Shown: one piece after another, positions 39,204 to 48,057 of the stretch
Position numbering within the stretch: the first letter of the stretch is position 1
How the letters are laid out: the number at the start of each line of letters is the position of its first letter
From: an uncultured virus (IMG/VR IMGVR_UViG_3300042868_013265)
Lineage: Duplodnaviria > Heunggongvirae > Uroviricota > Caudoviricetes
Virus record (IMG/VR): IMGVR_UViG_3300042868_013265
Span: 1-64,000 of that record
Length of the DNA: 64,000 bases
Direction: 5' to 3' (one strand)
Notes under the pieces: generated by a model
Database searches by the model: none
What the model was told of the DNA's origin: nothing
Seen by the model: the letters and a program-made list of their open reading frames with translations, nothing else
Program-made: the position numbers and the translations under genes

Positions 39204-39414
39204 TACTCAAATAAAGCGCATCATTATTGCAGGGGGATTTTTCTTCCTGCTTTTGCGCTTTAGAGGATACTTAAATCCCTCAAAAGAAACATTGTCGGCA
39301 AAAGACGATAGTGTTTCTGCAAATGGTACCAAATCGGTAATCGACAGAGCGATTCACAAAGTAAAAAGTGGCGCGGTAAAAGTTGCAAGCACACCATCTG
39401 AAATAAAAAACTGA
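39190..39414 (+). CDS. Small membrane protein
   Basis: N-terminal TM helix. Confidence 0.6.
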   Translation: MKLSNTQIKRIIIAGGFFFLLLRFRGYLNPSKETLSAKDDSVSANGTKSVIDRAIHKVKSGAVKVASTPSEIKN

Positions 39415-40196
39415 TGAAAGAACAAAGAATTGCAACAAAATATGCTCCACTTACGCTGTGTGTGGTTTTGAAAACTGAATTCCCTACCAAATTAAACTTG
39501 GTGGTGTTTGATGCAAAAAATCCGAAGAGGAAGTTTACTGAGCGTTACAAAACAGTAACAGGGGAAGAAACGCTGTTTGTTCGAATGCCGTTATCTCCTG
39601 ACACCGCTGTTGTTCAGGTGTTTGGAGGCGCGGGGATTACAAAAAAGAATGATTCCAATTTTACTATTGTAAGAGTTTACAAAAAAGGGTTGGAGCGTCG
39701 ATTTGATTTGAATGATATTGGGAACCCCCAAATACGTTCATTCGTCAAATTCGCGCAGAAATTTTGTTTTAATGTGAGTGAATTAGAGCCTGAAGAAACT
39801 TATCGAAGTGATGACGGAGAATATTTCATTCAGTTAAAGCAACAAATCAGAGATGCAAATGGAAAAGTGTTGGGTACTCCCGCACGTATTGGCCGTCAGA
39901 CGGGGGTTATTCAAGTGAGTAAAACACAATTTGAAGCCTTTACAATTCCTATGCGAATGGCAATATTGCTCCACGAATTTTCACATTTTTACTTAAATGA
40001 AAAAATGGATGATGAAATGGAGGCAGACTTAAATGGATTGTTGATTTATCTCGGACTTGGATATCCAAGGATTGAGGCTTATCAAGCGTTTCTTGAAACA
40101 TTCAAAAATGCACCAAGCAACTTGAATAAAAAACGCTATGATATGATTAATAACTTCATCAACAATTTTGAAAAAATGGACATTGTAATAAAATAG
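39414..40196 (+). CDS. Zincin-like metallopeptidase
   Basis: ILLHEFSH (HExxH) followed by EMEAD (third ligand), as in M48/M78-type enzymes. Confidence 0.75.
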   Translation: MKEQRIATKYAPLTLCVVLKTEFPTKLNLVVFDAKNPKRKFTERYKTVTGEETLFVRMPLSPDTAVVQVFGGAGITKKNDSNFTIVRVYKKGLERRFDLNDIGNPQIRSFVKFAQKFCFNVSELEPEETYRSDDGEYFIQLKQQIRDANGKVLGTPARIGRQTGVIQVSKTQFEAFTIPMRMAILLHEFSHFYLNEKMDDEMEADLNGLLIYLGLGYPRIEAYQAFLETFKNAPSNLNKKRYDMINNFINNFEKMDIVIK

Positions 40197-40198
40197 AG

Positions 40199-40621
40199 AT
40201 GGCAGTTACAACTTGGAATACAGCACCTAATTATGATGAATGGGGTCCTGATGACTCTTGGAGTTGCGAGGATTGGATACAATGGCACAAATTGCTAAAA
40301 TTAAAGTTTGGCAAGGAAAAGGCTAATTATGTTTGGAATTATGCTTACGCTCAAGGTACGCAAGGAGCATCCCATTGGAGTTGCAGGACAAGCAATACTG
40401 CGTTTCGTAATTATACATCCAAAGAAGGATTGAATCCGTATGAGAGTGCGGGGGCATTCGCTCCAATTTTGAATGTTATTGGAGGAGTGGGCGACGTTGT
40501 TAGTGGCACAGGAGATGTATTGTCCAATTTGGGAAAAAATTTGAAAATAATCACATATATAGCCGTTTTAGGTGTGGCTATTTATGTAGGTGTAACCGTT
40601 TATAAAAAGACGAAACAATGA
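40199..40621 (+). CDS. Putative virion membrane protein
   Basis: Trp-rich N-terminal domain; C-terminal TM helix. Confidence 0.7.
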   Translation: MAVTTWNTAPNYDEWGPDDSWSCEDWIQWHKLLKLKFGKEKANYVWNYAYAQGTQGASHWSCRTSNTAFRNYTSKEGLNPYESAGAFAPILNVIGGVGDVVSGTGDVLSNLGKNLKIITYIAVLGVAIYVGVTVYKKTKQ

Positions 40622-40776
40622 AAAAAGAATTTATCTATATCGGTGGTATATTGATTTCGTTAGGTGCAATTTATTATATTTTTAATCAATACAAAAAAAA
40701 TAAGGATGGTTCAGCCGCTTTAGAAGATAAAGAAATCATAGCGTTGTTTAAAAAAATTGATTCAGCAAAAAAATGA
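40618..40776 (+). CDS. Small membrane protein (52 aa, not in ORF track)
   Basis: MKKEFIYIGGILISLGAIYYIFNQYKK...; ATGA overlaps at both ends. Confidence 0.6.
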   Translation: MKKEFIYIGGILISLGAIYYIFNQYKKNKDGSAALEDKEIIALFKKIDSAKK

Positions 40777-41318
40777 GCGCAGAAAAAGGATTGAAATATG
40801 GGTTTTTTGCCTTGGCAGGGATTGCAGTAATTCTTGGTGTAGTATTATTGGGCAAAAAGAAACCCGATGACGACGGGGGCGGGGGAGATGAAGTTGAACC
40901 TGTAAAACCAAATCAGCCCGTAATTGACCCAAGGCAAGCGGCAGTACCGTTGGATTTAAAAGCAATTCTTGCAAGCAAAGACCCTATGTCACTATTGAAA
41001 GGTCGAAAACTTTATGCAAAAATTAACAAAGCAAAAGGTAGAAACGAAGCAAGAGTAAATGATGGTTGGGGATTAGGTAGTAATGTAATTTTCGAAAGTA
41101 CGCCCGAAGGGGAATTTCTTGGGTATGCACAATTTGTTTCAAATGATAGAAATTCCGCTAAAGATGCTAAGGGTAAAGTGTATAAATGGATTCGCATTAC
41201 TTTAGACGATAAGGCTTGGAATCGATACAATGACACCAAATCTTTCTTGACTCGACAGTTAGTAAAAAATAAAAATAATGATTGGGCTTACTTCAGAGAA
41301 GATGTAATTAGATTTTAA
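40773..41318 (+). CDS. Membrane-anchored protein, possible SH3-like C-terminal domain
   Basis: N-terminal TM helix; YKWIRI...WAYFREDVI. Confidence 0.6.
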   Translation: MSAEKGLKYGFFALAGIAVILGVVLLGKKKPDDDGGGGDEVEPVKPNQPVIDPRQAAVPLDLKAILASKDPMSLLKGRKLYAKINKAKGRNEARVNDGWGLGSNVIFESTPEGEFLGYAQFVSNDRNSAKDAKGKVYKWIRITLDDKAWNRYNDTKSFLTRQLVKNKNNDWAYFREDVIRF

Positions 41319-41319
41319 T

Positions 41320-41868
41320 ATGAAAAAAATAGTACTGAATAAAAATTTACAATATGGCCTTTACGTAGTAGCGGCTATAATTGGTGGTTTTGCAATAGTA
41401 AAAATTGTCAAAGCAATTAAAGACAATGCGGATAAAGGTGATGATGATGACAAAAAGCCTGAACCTGAAACCAAAACGGTTTATGTAGATGCATACTTGT
41501 CGAAGTTACCTTTAGGAGTAGATAATTTGACTTGGGGTTCACGAATCCCCGCGAAGTATTTACCGTCTTTTAATGCTATTTCAGCAGCCAATTCAGATGC
41601 TACATTTAAAGCGAATGCTATCAGAGTTCAAACTTTGTTGAATCAAAGACTTGCCGCGATTGGTGGTGCTTACCCAAAAATAACAGTTGATGGAAAAATT
41701 GGTGAAGAAACAACCAAAGCGATGTTGGCAGTTGCAAGCCAATATGGTAGATTGAACTTATTACCTTTAACGAAAAAAGAAGACCTGAACAATTGGTTGA
41801 CTTTTTTCAATGTAAAATCAACTTCGGATTCTTCTCCAAAGAATGAATTCCCATTTTTCAACAAATAA
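41320..41868 (+). CDS. Membrane-anchored protein with a peptidoglycan-binding-like domain
   Basis: N-terminal TM helix; VQTLLN...VDGKIGEETTKA. Confidence 0.65.
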   Translation: MKKIVLNKNLQYGLYVVAAIIGGFAIVKIVKAIKDNADKGDDDDKKPEPETKTVYVDAYLSKLPLGVDNLTWGSRIPAKYLPSFNAISAANSDATFKANAIRVQTLLNQRLAAIGGAYPKITVDGKIGEETTKAMLAVASQYGRLNLLPLTKKEDLNNWLTFFNVKSTSDSSPKNEFPFFNK

Positions 41869-41880
41869 TACGATAAGAAT

Positions 41881-42441
41881 ATGGACATAGATTCTTTTTT
41901 CACAGATGGCGACCTAAGTTTCGGAATGGACGGTGCAAGCCCTAAATTCAAAAACTTTGCAGGAACAGGTCAAAATGTTTCGAGGGGACCTAAATATGGT
42001 GAATTTCAATTCAATAAATACCCCGAGTATGGGTTTACTGATGATATTTATTCAAACGCTACGGGCGGTTCAAGGTTAAATCAGCCAACGGAATGGTATG
42101 TTTCAAAACTTTCCGAAGCCGATAAAAAAGACTGTAAAAAATTGCAGGGTATTATGGATAATATTTCCATAGATATTGATAAGAACAACAAAAAAATAAG
42201 CACTGCAAAAAGAGGTGAAAGAAGAGTTCTTGAAGAGTATAACAAGGGCTTGGAATTGGCAGGCAAAAGAGTATTGGAATTAATGAACGCTGCAAATTGC
42301 ACTCTCGTTCAGCAGGAAGAATTTAATAAAGCGTTAGGCGCGGCAGGTGCACCATCAAAATCATCGAAAGTTGTTTTGTATGTTGGCATTGGAGTTGCAG
42401 CCTTGGCTCTTGGAGTTGTACTTTACAAAAAATTTAAGTAA
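41881..42441 (+). CDS. Putative virion membrane protein
   Basis: YSNATGG, coiled coil, C-terminal TM helix. Confidence 0.7.
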   Translation: MDIDSFFTDGDLSFGMDGASPKFKNFAGTGQNVSRGPKYGEFQFNKYPEYGFTDDIYSNATGGSRLNQPTEWYVSKLSEADKKDCKKLQGIMDNISIDIDKNNKKISTAKRGERRVLEEYNKGLELAGKRVLELMNAANCTLVQQEEFNKALGAAGAPSKSSKVVLYVGIGVAALALGVVLYKKFK

Positions 42442-43208
42442 TGAGAACAAACATCAGTAAACAATTGGGATTACCCATCGCTCCCCCACAGCCTAAAGCA
42501 CCGTCTATAGAGGCTCAATTGGGTTTTGTAGCAGAATATGATAATTCTTTGAATAAAAGTAATTTTAATTTCGTAGCAGAATATGATAAGTCTTTAAACA
42601 CCAAAAATAATGGTGGCTATTTTGACGCTACAGGAGAAGAAAAGAACTTCAAAGAATATTACAAAGGAAATGTTGCAAACGTTCGCGCTTTGTTGGCACA
42701 GGAGAAAATTTCTACCTCAGAGGATTTAGATTTTCTTGAAGCCAAGAAAAAGTTTTATCAAGAAGGAAAGAAATCTTTGGAAAAAGATATCAATGGTATC
42801 AAAATAAATCAAGCACAAAAAGCATTTGGGACGCAAGCCTATACACAGCGCGGAAAATATGTTTCTCAATTATGGAGCGTAGATAAAACAATCGAATTGA
42901 TTGATGAAAGAATTGCGGATGTAAAAGTCATTTTGGAGAAAAGAGCGGCAAAGGCGAAGGCTGATGCAGATGCGGCAGCAGCAAAAATGAAAGCAGAAGC
43001 AGAAGCCGCCAAACAAGCAAAAATCAATGCATTAAAAAAACAAATTGCAGAATCTAATGACCCGAATGCCAAAAAACAACTGAAGGACCAATTGAATGAT
43101 TTATTGCAGGAAGGAACTGAAGGAGTGAAATCAAACAAATTTATTTTGATTGGTGGAGCGGTAGCCGTCATTGGAATTTTGTATTACTTTTTTAGAAACA
43201 AGGAATAA
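42441..43208 (+). CDS. Coiled-coil membrane-anchored protein
   Basis: FVAEYDxSLN twice, Ala/Lys helix, C-terminal TM helix. Confidence 0.7.
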   Translation: MRTNISKQLGLPIAPPQPKAPSIEAQLGFVAEYDNSLNKSNFNFVAEYDKSLNTKNNGGYFDATGEEKNFKEYYKGNVANVRALLAQEKISTSEDLDFLEAKKKFYQEGKKSLEKDINGIKINQAQKAFGTQAYTQRGKYVSQLWSVDKTIELIDERIADVKVILEKRAAKAKADADAAAAKMKAEAEAAKQAKINALKKQIAESNDPNAKKQLKDQLNDLLQEGTEGVKSNKFILIGGAVAVIGILYYFFRNKE

Positions 43209-43210
43209 TT

Positions 43211-43507
43211 ATGTCAATTCAATATCAAGGTGCAGGTTATAGTTCATTTGAAGAATTTATGAATGATACGGGCGTAGACAAAGATAATTTTGCCGATGCT
43301 AAAAAATCAGCAAATCAATTTGGAACCAAGTTTCAAGAAACATTCAATAAAGAATTTAAAAACCAATATACGGAGGCTAAAGAAAGGGCCAAAAGATTGG
43401 ATTCGCAACCAAAAGTGTTGAATCCCATTCCCAACAGTTTATTGTATTTTGGATTGGTGACGGCAGGTATTTATTTGGCATATTCGTTTATTTTCAAATC
43501 AGAATGA
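43211..43507 (+). CDS. Small membrane protein
   Basis: C-terminal TM helix. Confidence 0.65.
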   Translation: MSIQYQGAGYSSFEEFMNDTGVDKDNFADAKKSANQFGTKFQETFNKEFKNQYTEAKERAKRLDSQPKVLNPIPNSLLYFGLVTAGIYLAYSFIFKSE

Positions 43508-44016
43508 AGAAAAAATTATTAATCATTGGAGGTGCTACAATTGTAGCCGCGATAGCGTTCAGGACGTTATATAAGAACTTGTATTTAGCAGGTCAATGGG
43601 ATTTTAATATGGGTACTTTCGGCATAAAATCTTTAAAGCCCCTTATAGTAACCCAAACTATTGATTTTATCAACAAAAGCAATTTAAAGTTAACTGTGAA
43701 AAACATCAAAATTGGTGTTTATAGCAATGATATCAGAATCGGTCAAATCGATAGGGCTAATGAGCAAACTATCGGCCCAAAAGGTATCAGTAAGTTCACT
43801 TTAGAGTATGCTTTAACTCCAACTTTAGGGAATCAAGCCGCTAAAGATGCAATTACAAAAGTCGCGTCTACCTATTTGCAGACAAAAGACTTACCTGTGG
43901 ACTTTGTTGGTTCCCTTGACGTAAAAACTCCATTTGGTTTTGTGACCGTTCCCGTAAGATATTCATCCACGGGGAAAAATTTATACAAATTGTGGTATGA
44001 ATATATGAACGGATAA
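43504..44016 (+). CDS. Membrane-anchored LEA_2/WHy-like beta-sandwich protein
   Basis: N-terminal TM helix; INKSNLKLTVKNIKIGVYSNDIRIG...TIGPKG. Confidence 0.55.
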   Translation: MKKKLLIIGGATIVAAIAFRTLYKNLYLAGQWDFNMGTFGIKSLKPLIVTQTIDFINKSNLKLTVKNIKIGVYSNDIRIGQIDRANEQTIGPKGISKFTLEYALTPTLGNQAAKDAITKVASTYLQTKDLPVDFVGSLDVKTPFGFVTVPVRYSSTGKNLYKLWYEYMNG

Positions 44017-44048
44017 TTGCTATATTTGAGCAATAGTTGTGTACATAT

Positions 44049-44426
44049 ATGAATATTAAAAAAGATTTTTTTAAAGGAGTCAGTCTTTATGCTACCGAAT
44101 CTTCGGTTCAAGAAACAGAAGTGCAGGTTAGATTGACTATTGGTCAGACCGAATCTGAGCCTATTAATTATCAGTGGTGCATTAATTGGCAGCCCAATCG
44201 TGTTACTAATTATAACGAAGTAATGGGGCGCAAAATTATCAATATCACTGAGGCTTTAGTGGTTCCTATGTTGCATCAAGCAATGGTCAAGTGGGCAAGA
44301 ACGCTTGACATTTCATTTGAAGATTTCAGTGGTTTTTTGTTCAAAAAAGACGATGTTATTGGTGTTGCTATCTACGATAAGACAACTCCAAAAAAATTAT
44401 GTCCAATTGAAGAATTACTTGGATGA
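44049..44426 (+). CDS. Hypothetical protein
   Basis: ATG 44049, downstream of a TATATTTG -7 element (44021..44028). Confidence 0.6.
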   Translation: MNIKKDFFKGVSLYATESSVQETEVQVRLTIGQTESEPINYQWCINWQPNRVTNYNEVMGRKIINITEALVVPMLHQAMVKWARTLDISFEDFSGFLFKKDDVIGVAIYDKTTPKKLCPIEELLG

Positions 44427-45307
44427 GCATCAAAGTAGCACGAAGTTCACATTGGGTGATTCGAACTCTTGAAGGGAATGGTTTAGCCGTTTACTTAGGA
44501 GAAGATGAGCAAATTTATGTCAAAGACCAAAATGGGACCATTCAATTATTAAAAGAACTTCTCGGGTCGCTATCCTTAGATATTCCCGAAGGTGGTTTTC
44601 AAAGTGGAACTTCAGGAACATCGGGTAAAACAAACGGAACATCGGGCTCATCGGGAACGAGCGGTTCGAATGGTCAAGACGGAACATCAGGTCAAAACGG
44701 AGTCGATGGAACTTCAGGGTCATCAGGCTCATCAGGGAGTGCGGGTACGAGCGGGGTGGATGGAAGTTCAGGCTCTTCGGGTATTAGTGGTGTGGATGGA
44801 AGTTCAGGCTCTTCAGGAATTTCAGGTTTCAATGGTGTAGATGGTTCTTCGGGAACAAGCGGTAATGGTGGAACGAATGGTACGAGTGGTATTAATGGTA
44901 CCTCAGGTTCTTCGGGAAAAGATGGAGATATTGGGGTTAAAGGAAGTAATGGAACATCGGGTTCTTCGGGTATTTGCGGTTCCTCAGGTACAAGCGGTAA
45001 AGGATATTCTTTTGAAGAAATTGAAAGTCGTTCTAAGACAATATTGGATTTTACAAAAAGTCAAATACTTTCCTTAAATTTGAATAATAACACGACCCTA
45101 AATTTTGCAGGTTTTCCTGTCGGAATATTTTATCTGATTGTGAAGCAAGGTATTGGTAATTACAGTGTTAATTTGCCTTACGTTGTCAAACAACCAAAAG
45201 GTTTTGAATATGTTCCAAGCATTTACCCAAATGCTGTAGATGTGTTACAATTTATGTGCGATGGCACATCATTTTATGTGATTGACTGTAAAAAAGAATT
45301 GCAATGA
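44423..45307 (+). CDS. Short collagen-like (Gly-X-Y, Ser/Thr-rich) fibre protein
   Basis: GSSGTSG repeats between globular ends. Confidence 0.75.
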   Translation: MSIKVARSSHWVIRTLEGNGLAVYLGEDEQIYVKDQNGTIQLLKELLGSLSLDIPEGGFQSGTSGTSGKTNGTSGSSGTSGSNGQDGTSGQNGVDGTSGSSGSSGSAGTSGVDGSSGSSGISGVDGSSGSSGISGFNGVDGSSGTSGNGGTNGTSGINGTSGSSGKDGDIGVKGSNGTSGSSGICGSSGTSGKGYSFEEIESRSKTILDFTKSQILSLNLNNNTTLNFAGFPVGIFYLIVKQGIGNYSVNLPYVVKQPKGFEYVPSIYPNAVDVLQFMCDGTSFYVIDCKKELQ

Positions 45308-46071
45308 CCAATATTTTAACCACGAGTTTAGGAAGAAACATTAATACCGTAGAGGGTAATGGTCTTGCTATATTCGTTGACGACACGGATTTCGTGTTGA
45401 AGTTAAAAGACGTTGATGGCAATATACAACCTGTAACAGACTTCACAGGTAGCGGTGGAACGAGCGGTGGTGGAATACAATCCATCAATGCCTTGACAGC
45501 ACCCGCGCAATTTTTGGTGACAGGTACTTCAGGAAATGATTTTGCGGTACAGTCTTCAGGCAATACACATACCTTTAATTTGCCAAATGCGAGTACAAGC
45601 GCACGAGGTGTAGTTAGCACGGGCCCACAAACAATCAAAGGGATAAAAACATTTACAGACAATGCATTTTTTCAAGGCGATGTTGATATTTTAGGTACGC
45701 TTACAGCGGAAGCAAAATCGTTCTTGATTCCACACCCCGACCCTGACAAACAAGGGTGGGATTTACAACACGGAAACTTGGAGGGTGGCGAACACGGTAT
45801 TTATCACCGTGGCCGTCTTCAGGGGACAAATATGATATATCTACCTTCATATTGGAAGTTTTTGGTGAGTCAGCATACCATTACGGTACACTTGACAAGT
45901 GCCAAAGGCAACTTCAATTATTTCGTAGAAGATGTGACTTTAGAAACTATTAGAATTGCAAAATCCGAGGGTGATTGGTACTCTTATGATTGCTATTTTA
46001 TAATTCACGCTGAAAGACGAGATATTGGCAAATTGAAGGTGGAAATTACACCTCAAGAAAAGCAATATTGA
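45304..46071 (+). CDS. Fibre/spike-associated protein
   Basis: N-terminus paralogous to 44423; C-terminal KSFLIPHP...LEGGE..IYHRG...LPSYW...HAERRD, a type of domain seen in phage fibres. Confidence 0.6.
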   Translation: MTNILTTSLGRNINTVEGNGLAIFVDDTDFVLKLKDVDGNIQPVTDFTGSGGTSGGGIQSINALTAPAQFLVTGTSGNDFAVQSSGNTHTFNLPNASTSARGVVSTGPQTIKGIKTFTDNAFFQGDVDILGTLTAEAKSFLIPHPDPDKQGWDLQHGNLEGGEHGIYHRGRLQGTNMIYLPSYWKFLVSQHTITVHLTSAKGNFNYFVEDVTLETIRIAKSEGDWYSYDCYFIIHAERRDIGKLKVEITPQEKQY

Positions 46072-48047
46072 TGAAAAAAATACTCCATTTAATTCCTCAC
46101 CTGAGCACGGGTGGGTGCCCCCAATTCGCTTACGATTTATTAAGAAAAACCAAAGATACCACAGATGCTTATGTGGTTGAATATGCATTTATTGCTTGGG
46201 ACTATGTTGTGCAAAGAAATCGAATTATCGATTTGATGCAAGACAGATTTTTTTCTTTAGGAGAGCAGAAGGAGCAACTCTTTGACATTATTGATACGAT
46301 TAAGCCCGATGTCATTCATATTCAAGAATTCCCTGAATATTTTATGGACGATGAAATCGCGCGTAAATTGTACAATAAGAATCGAGAATATGTAATTGTA
46401 GAAACGAGTCACGACAGTGGATTTAATCCCGCGAATAAGCGGTTTTTCTCAGACCATTTAGCATTGATAAGCCAATGGCAAATTGATAAATTCAAGGATT
46501 ATGAAATACCGATTACTCTGTTAGAAAGTGACATTGAATACAAAACCAAAATTCCCAATCAGAGGGAACAAGGGTTATTAAAACTTGGATTGGACCCCAA
46601 TAAAAAACACGTTTTGAACGTGGGTCTTTGGACAAGTAGAAAAAACCAAGCGGAAGCCTTACAGTATGCGAAAGAACTTGAATGGTGTTCTGATATCCAA
46701 TTTCATTTTATTGGGAATCAGGCTCCTAATTTTGAGAATTATTGGGCTCCGTTGATGCACGACTTACCATCAAATGTGCAAGTTTGGGGTGAGAGGAGCG
46801 ATGTGCATTCATTTTATGAGTGTATGGACCTGTTCCTCTTCACATCGCGAGGCACAAATGGCGATATGGAAACAAGTCCGTTGGTTCTCAGAGAGGCAAC
46901 AGGACATCAAATGCCGATACTGATGTACAACCTCCCTGTGTATCTGAATTACTATGATAGGTTTTCGAACGTTAATTACCTCAGCGATTTCACAACCAAC
47001 AAAAATTTAATTTTGTCACTATTGAAAATTGAAGAAGAATCTTCAAGCGAATTATTCAAATTTGATTACGCAATTGCTGATAATAAAATTTTCATCAACT
47101 ATCAAAAAGACAGCAAAATCGAGGTTTGGTTTTCAATATGCGATACTGATACCAAACACGCAATTTATGCTTTCAAAGGGCAATTTGAATACAAATCTTC
47201 GATGTGGGTAATCCCTATCCCAAAAGATACTTTTGACACTATATACAACTCCAAAGGCAATTTCAGAGGTTTTGAAATATCTGTTTGGGACAGTTTGCAA
47301 GAGAACAAATTAGACAGCGAAATTATTTGGTTCAATCAGACTTTACCCATCCCAAATTTTAGAGTATTTGAAACAAATCCTTGGAATTTTACTTGGTCTA
47401 ATTACAATGAAATGTTCATTGATAAATATTATGAAAAAACCAACATTGTAGTTGGTAAGGTTTGCTTAGATATTGGGGCAAATGATGGTTTATTTACTGA
47501 ATGGTTAATTAGTCAAGGTGTTGAGAAAATTTATGCGATTGAATGCGACCCAAGGTGTATAAAATTTTTAAATAAAAAATTCAACTCAAATAAAAATGTG
47601 ACTGTAATAAACAAGGCTCTATGGAAAGAAAATCAAAGTGAAATGAAACTTTATTATGTTGATGACACCTCGGTTTTTAGTAGTTTGAAAGAAGAAGGTA
47701 ATTGTAAGGGTAAGAATTATTATGATGTTTGTTCTTGGGATTTTGAAACATTAATTAGTAAACACAACATCAATCAAATAGACTTATTTAAAATAGATAT
47801 CGAGGGTGCGGAATATGAAGTATTTGAATCGATGACTGATGAGCAAATTAGTAAAATAAATTCGTTTTTGATTGAAATCCATTTAAATACAAATGGTCAA
47901 GTTTATAAAATAACTGATAGATTCAAAATGTTAGGTTATGAAATACAGTTCAGAGAGCATAAAAATAACAGTTTGATAAATAATGAATTGGAATGGAAAA
48001 ATTATGAATGGGCTTATTTAACAGCAACCAAAAAAGTAAATTATTAA
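46068..48047 (+). CDS. GT4 glycosyltransferase fused to an FkbM methyltransferase
   Basis: HLSTGG, RKNQ, ETSPLVLREA; LDIGANDG, KIDIEGAE. Confidence 0.85.
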   Translation: MMKKILHLIPHLSTGGCPQFAYDLLRKTKDTTDAYVVEYAFIAWDYVVQRNRIIDLMQDRFFSLGEQKEQLFDIIDTIKPDVIHIQEFPEYFMDDEIARKLYNKNREYVIVETSHDSGFNPANKRFFSDHLALISQWQIDKFKDYEIPITLLESDIEYKTKIPNQREQGLLKLGLDPNKKHVLNVGLWTSRKNQAEALQYAKELEWCSDIQFHFIGNQAPNFENYWAPLMHDLPSNVQVWGERSDVHSFYECMDLFLFTSRGTNGDMETSPLVLREATGHQMPILMYNLPVYLNYYDRFSNVNYLSDFTTNKNLILSLLKIEEESSSELFKFDYAIADNKIFINYQKDSKIEVWFSICDTDTKHAIYAFKGQFEYKSSMWVIPIPKDTFDTIYNSKGNFRGFEISVWDSLQENKLDSEIIWFNQTLPIPNFRVFETNPWNFTWSNYNEMFIDKYYEKTNIVVGKVCLDIGANDGLFTEWLISQGVEKIYAIECDPRCIKFLNKKFNSNKNVTVINKALWKENQSEMKLYYVDDTSVFSSLKEEGNCKGKNYYDVCSWDFETLISKHNINQIDLFKIDIEGAEYEVFESMTDEQISKINSFLIEIHLNTNGQVYKITDRFKMLGYEIQFREHKNNSLINNELEWKNYEWAYLTATKKVNY

Positions 48048-48057
48048 AATTAAATAT

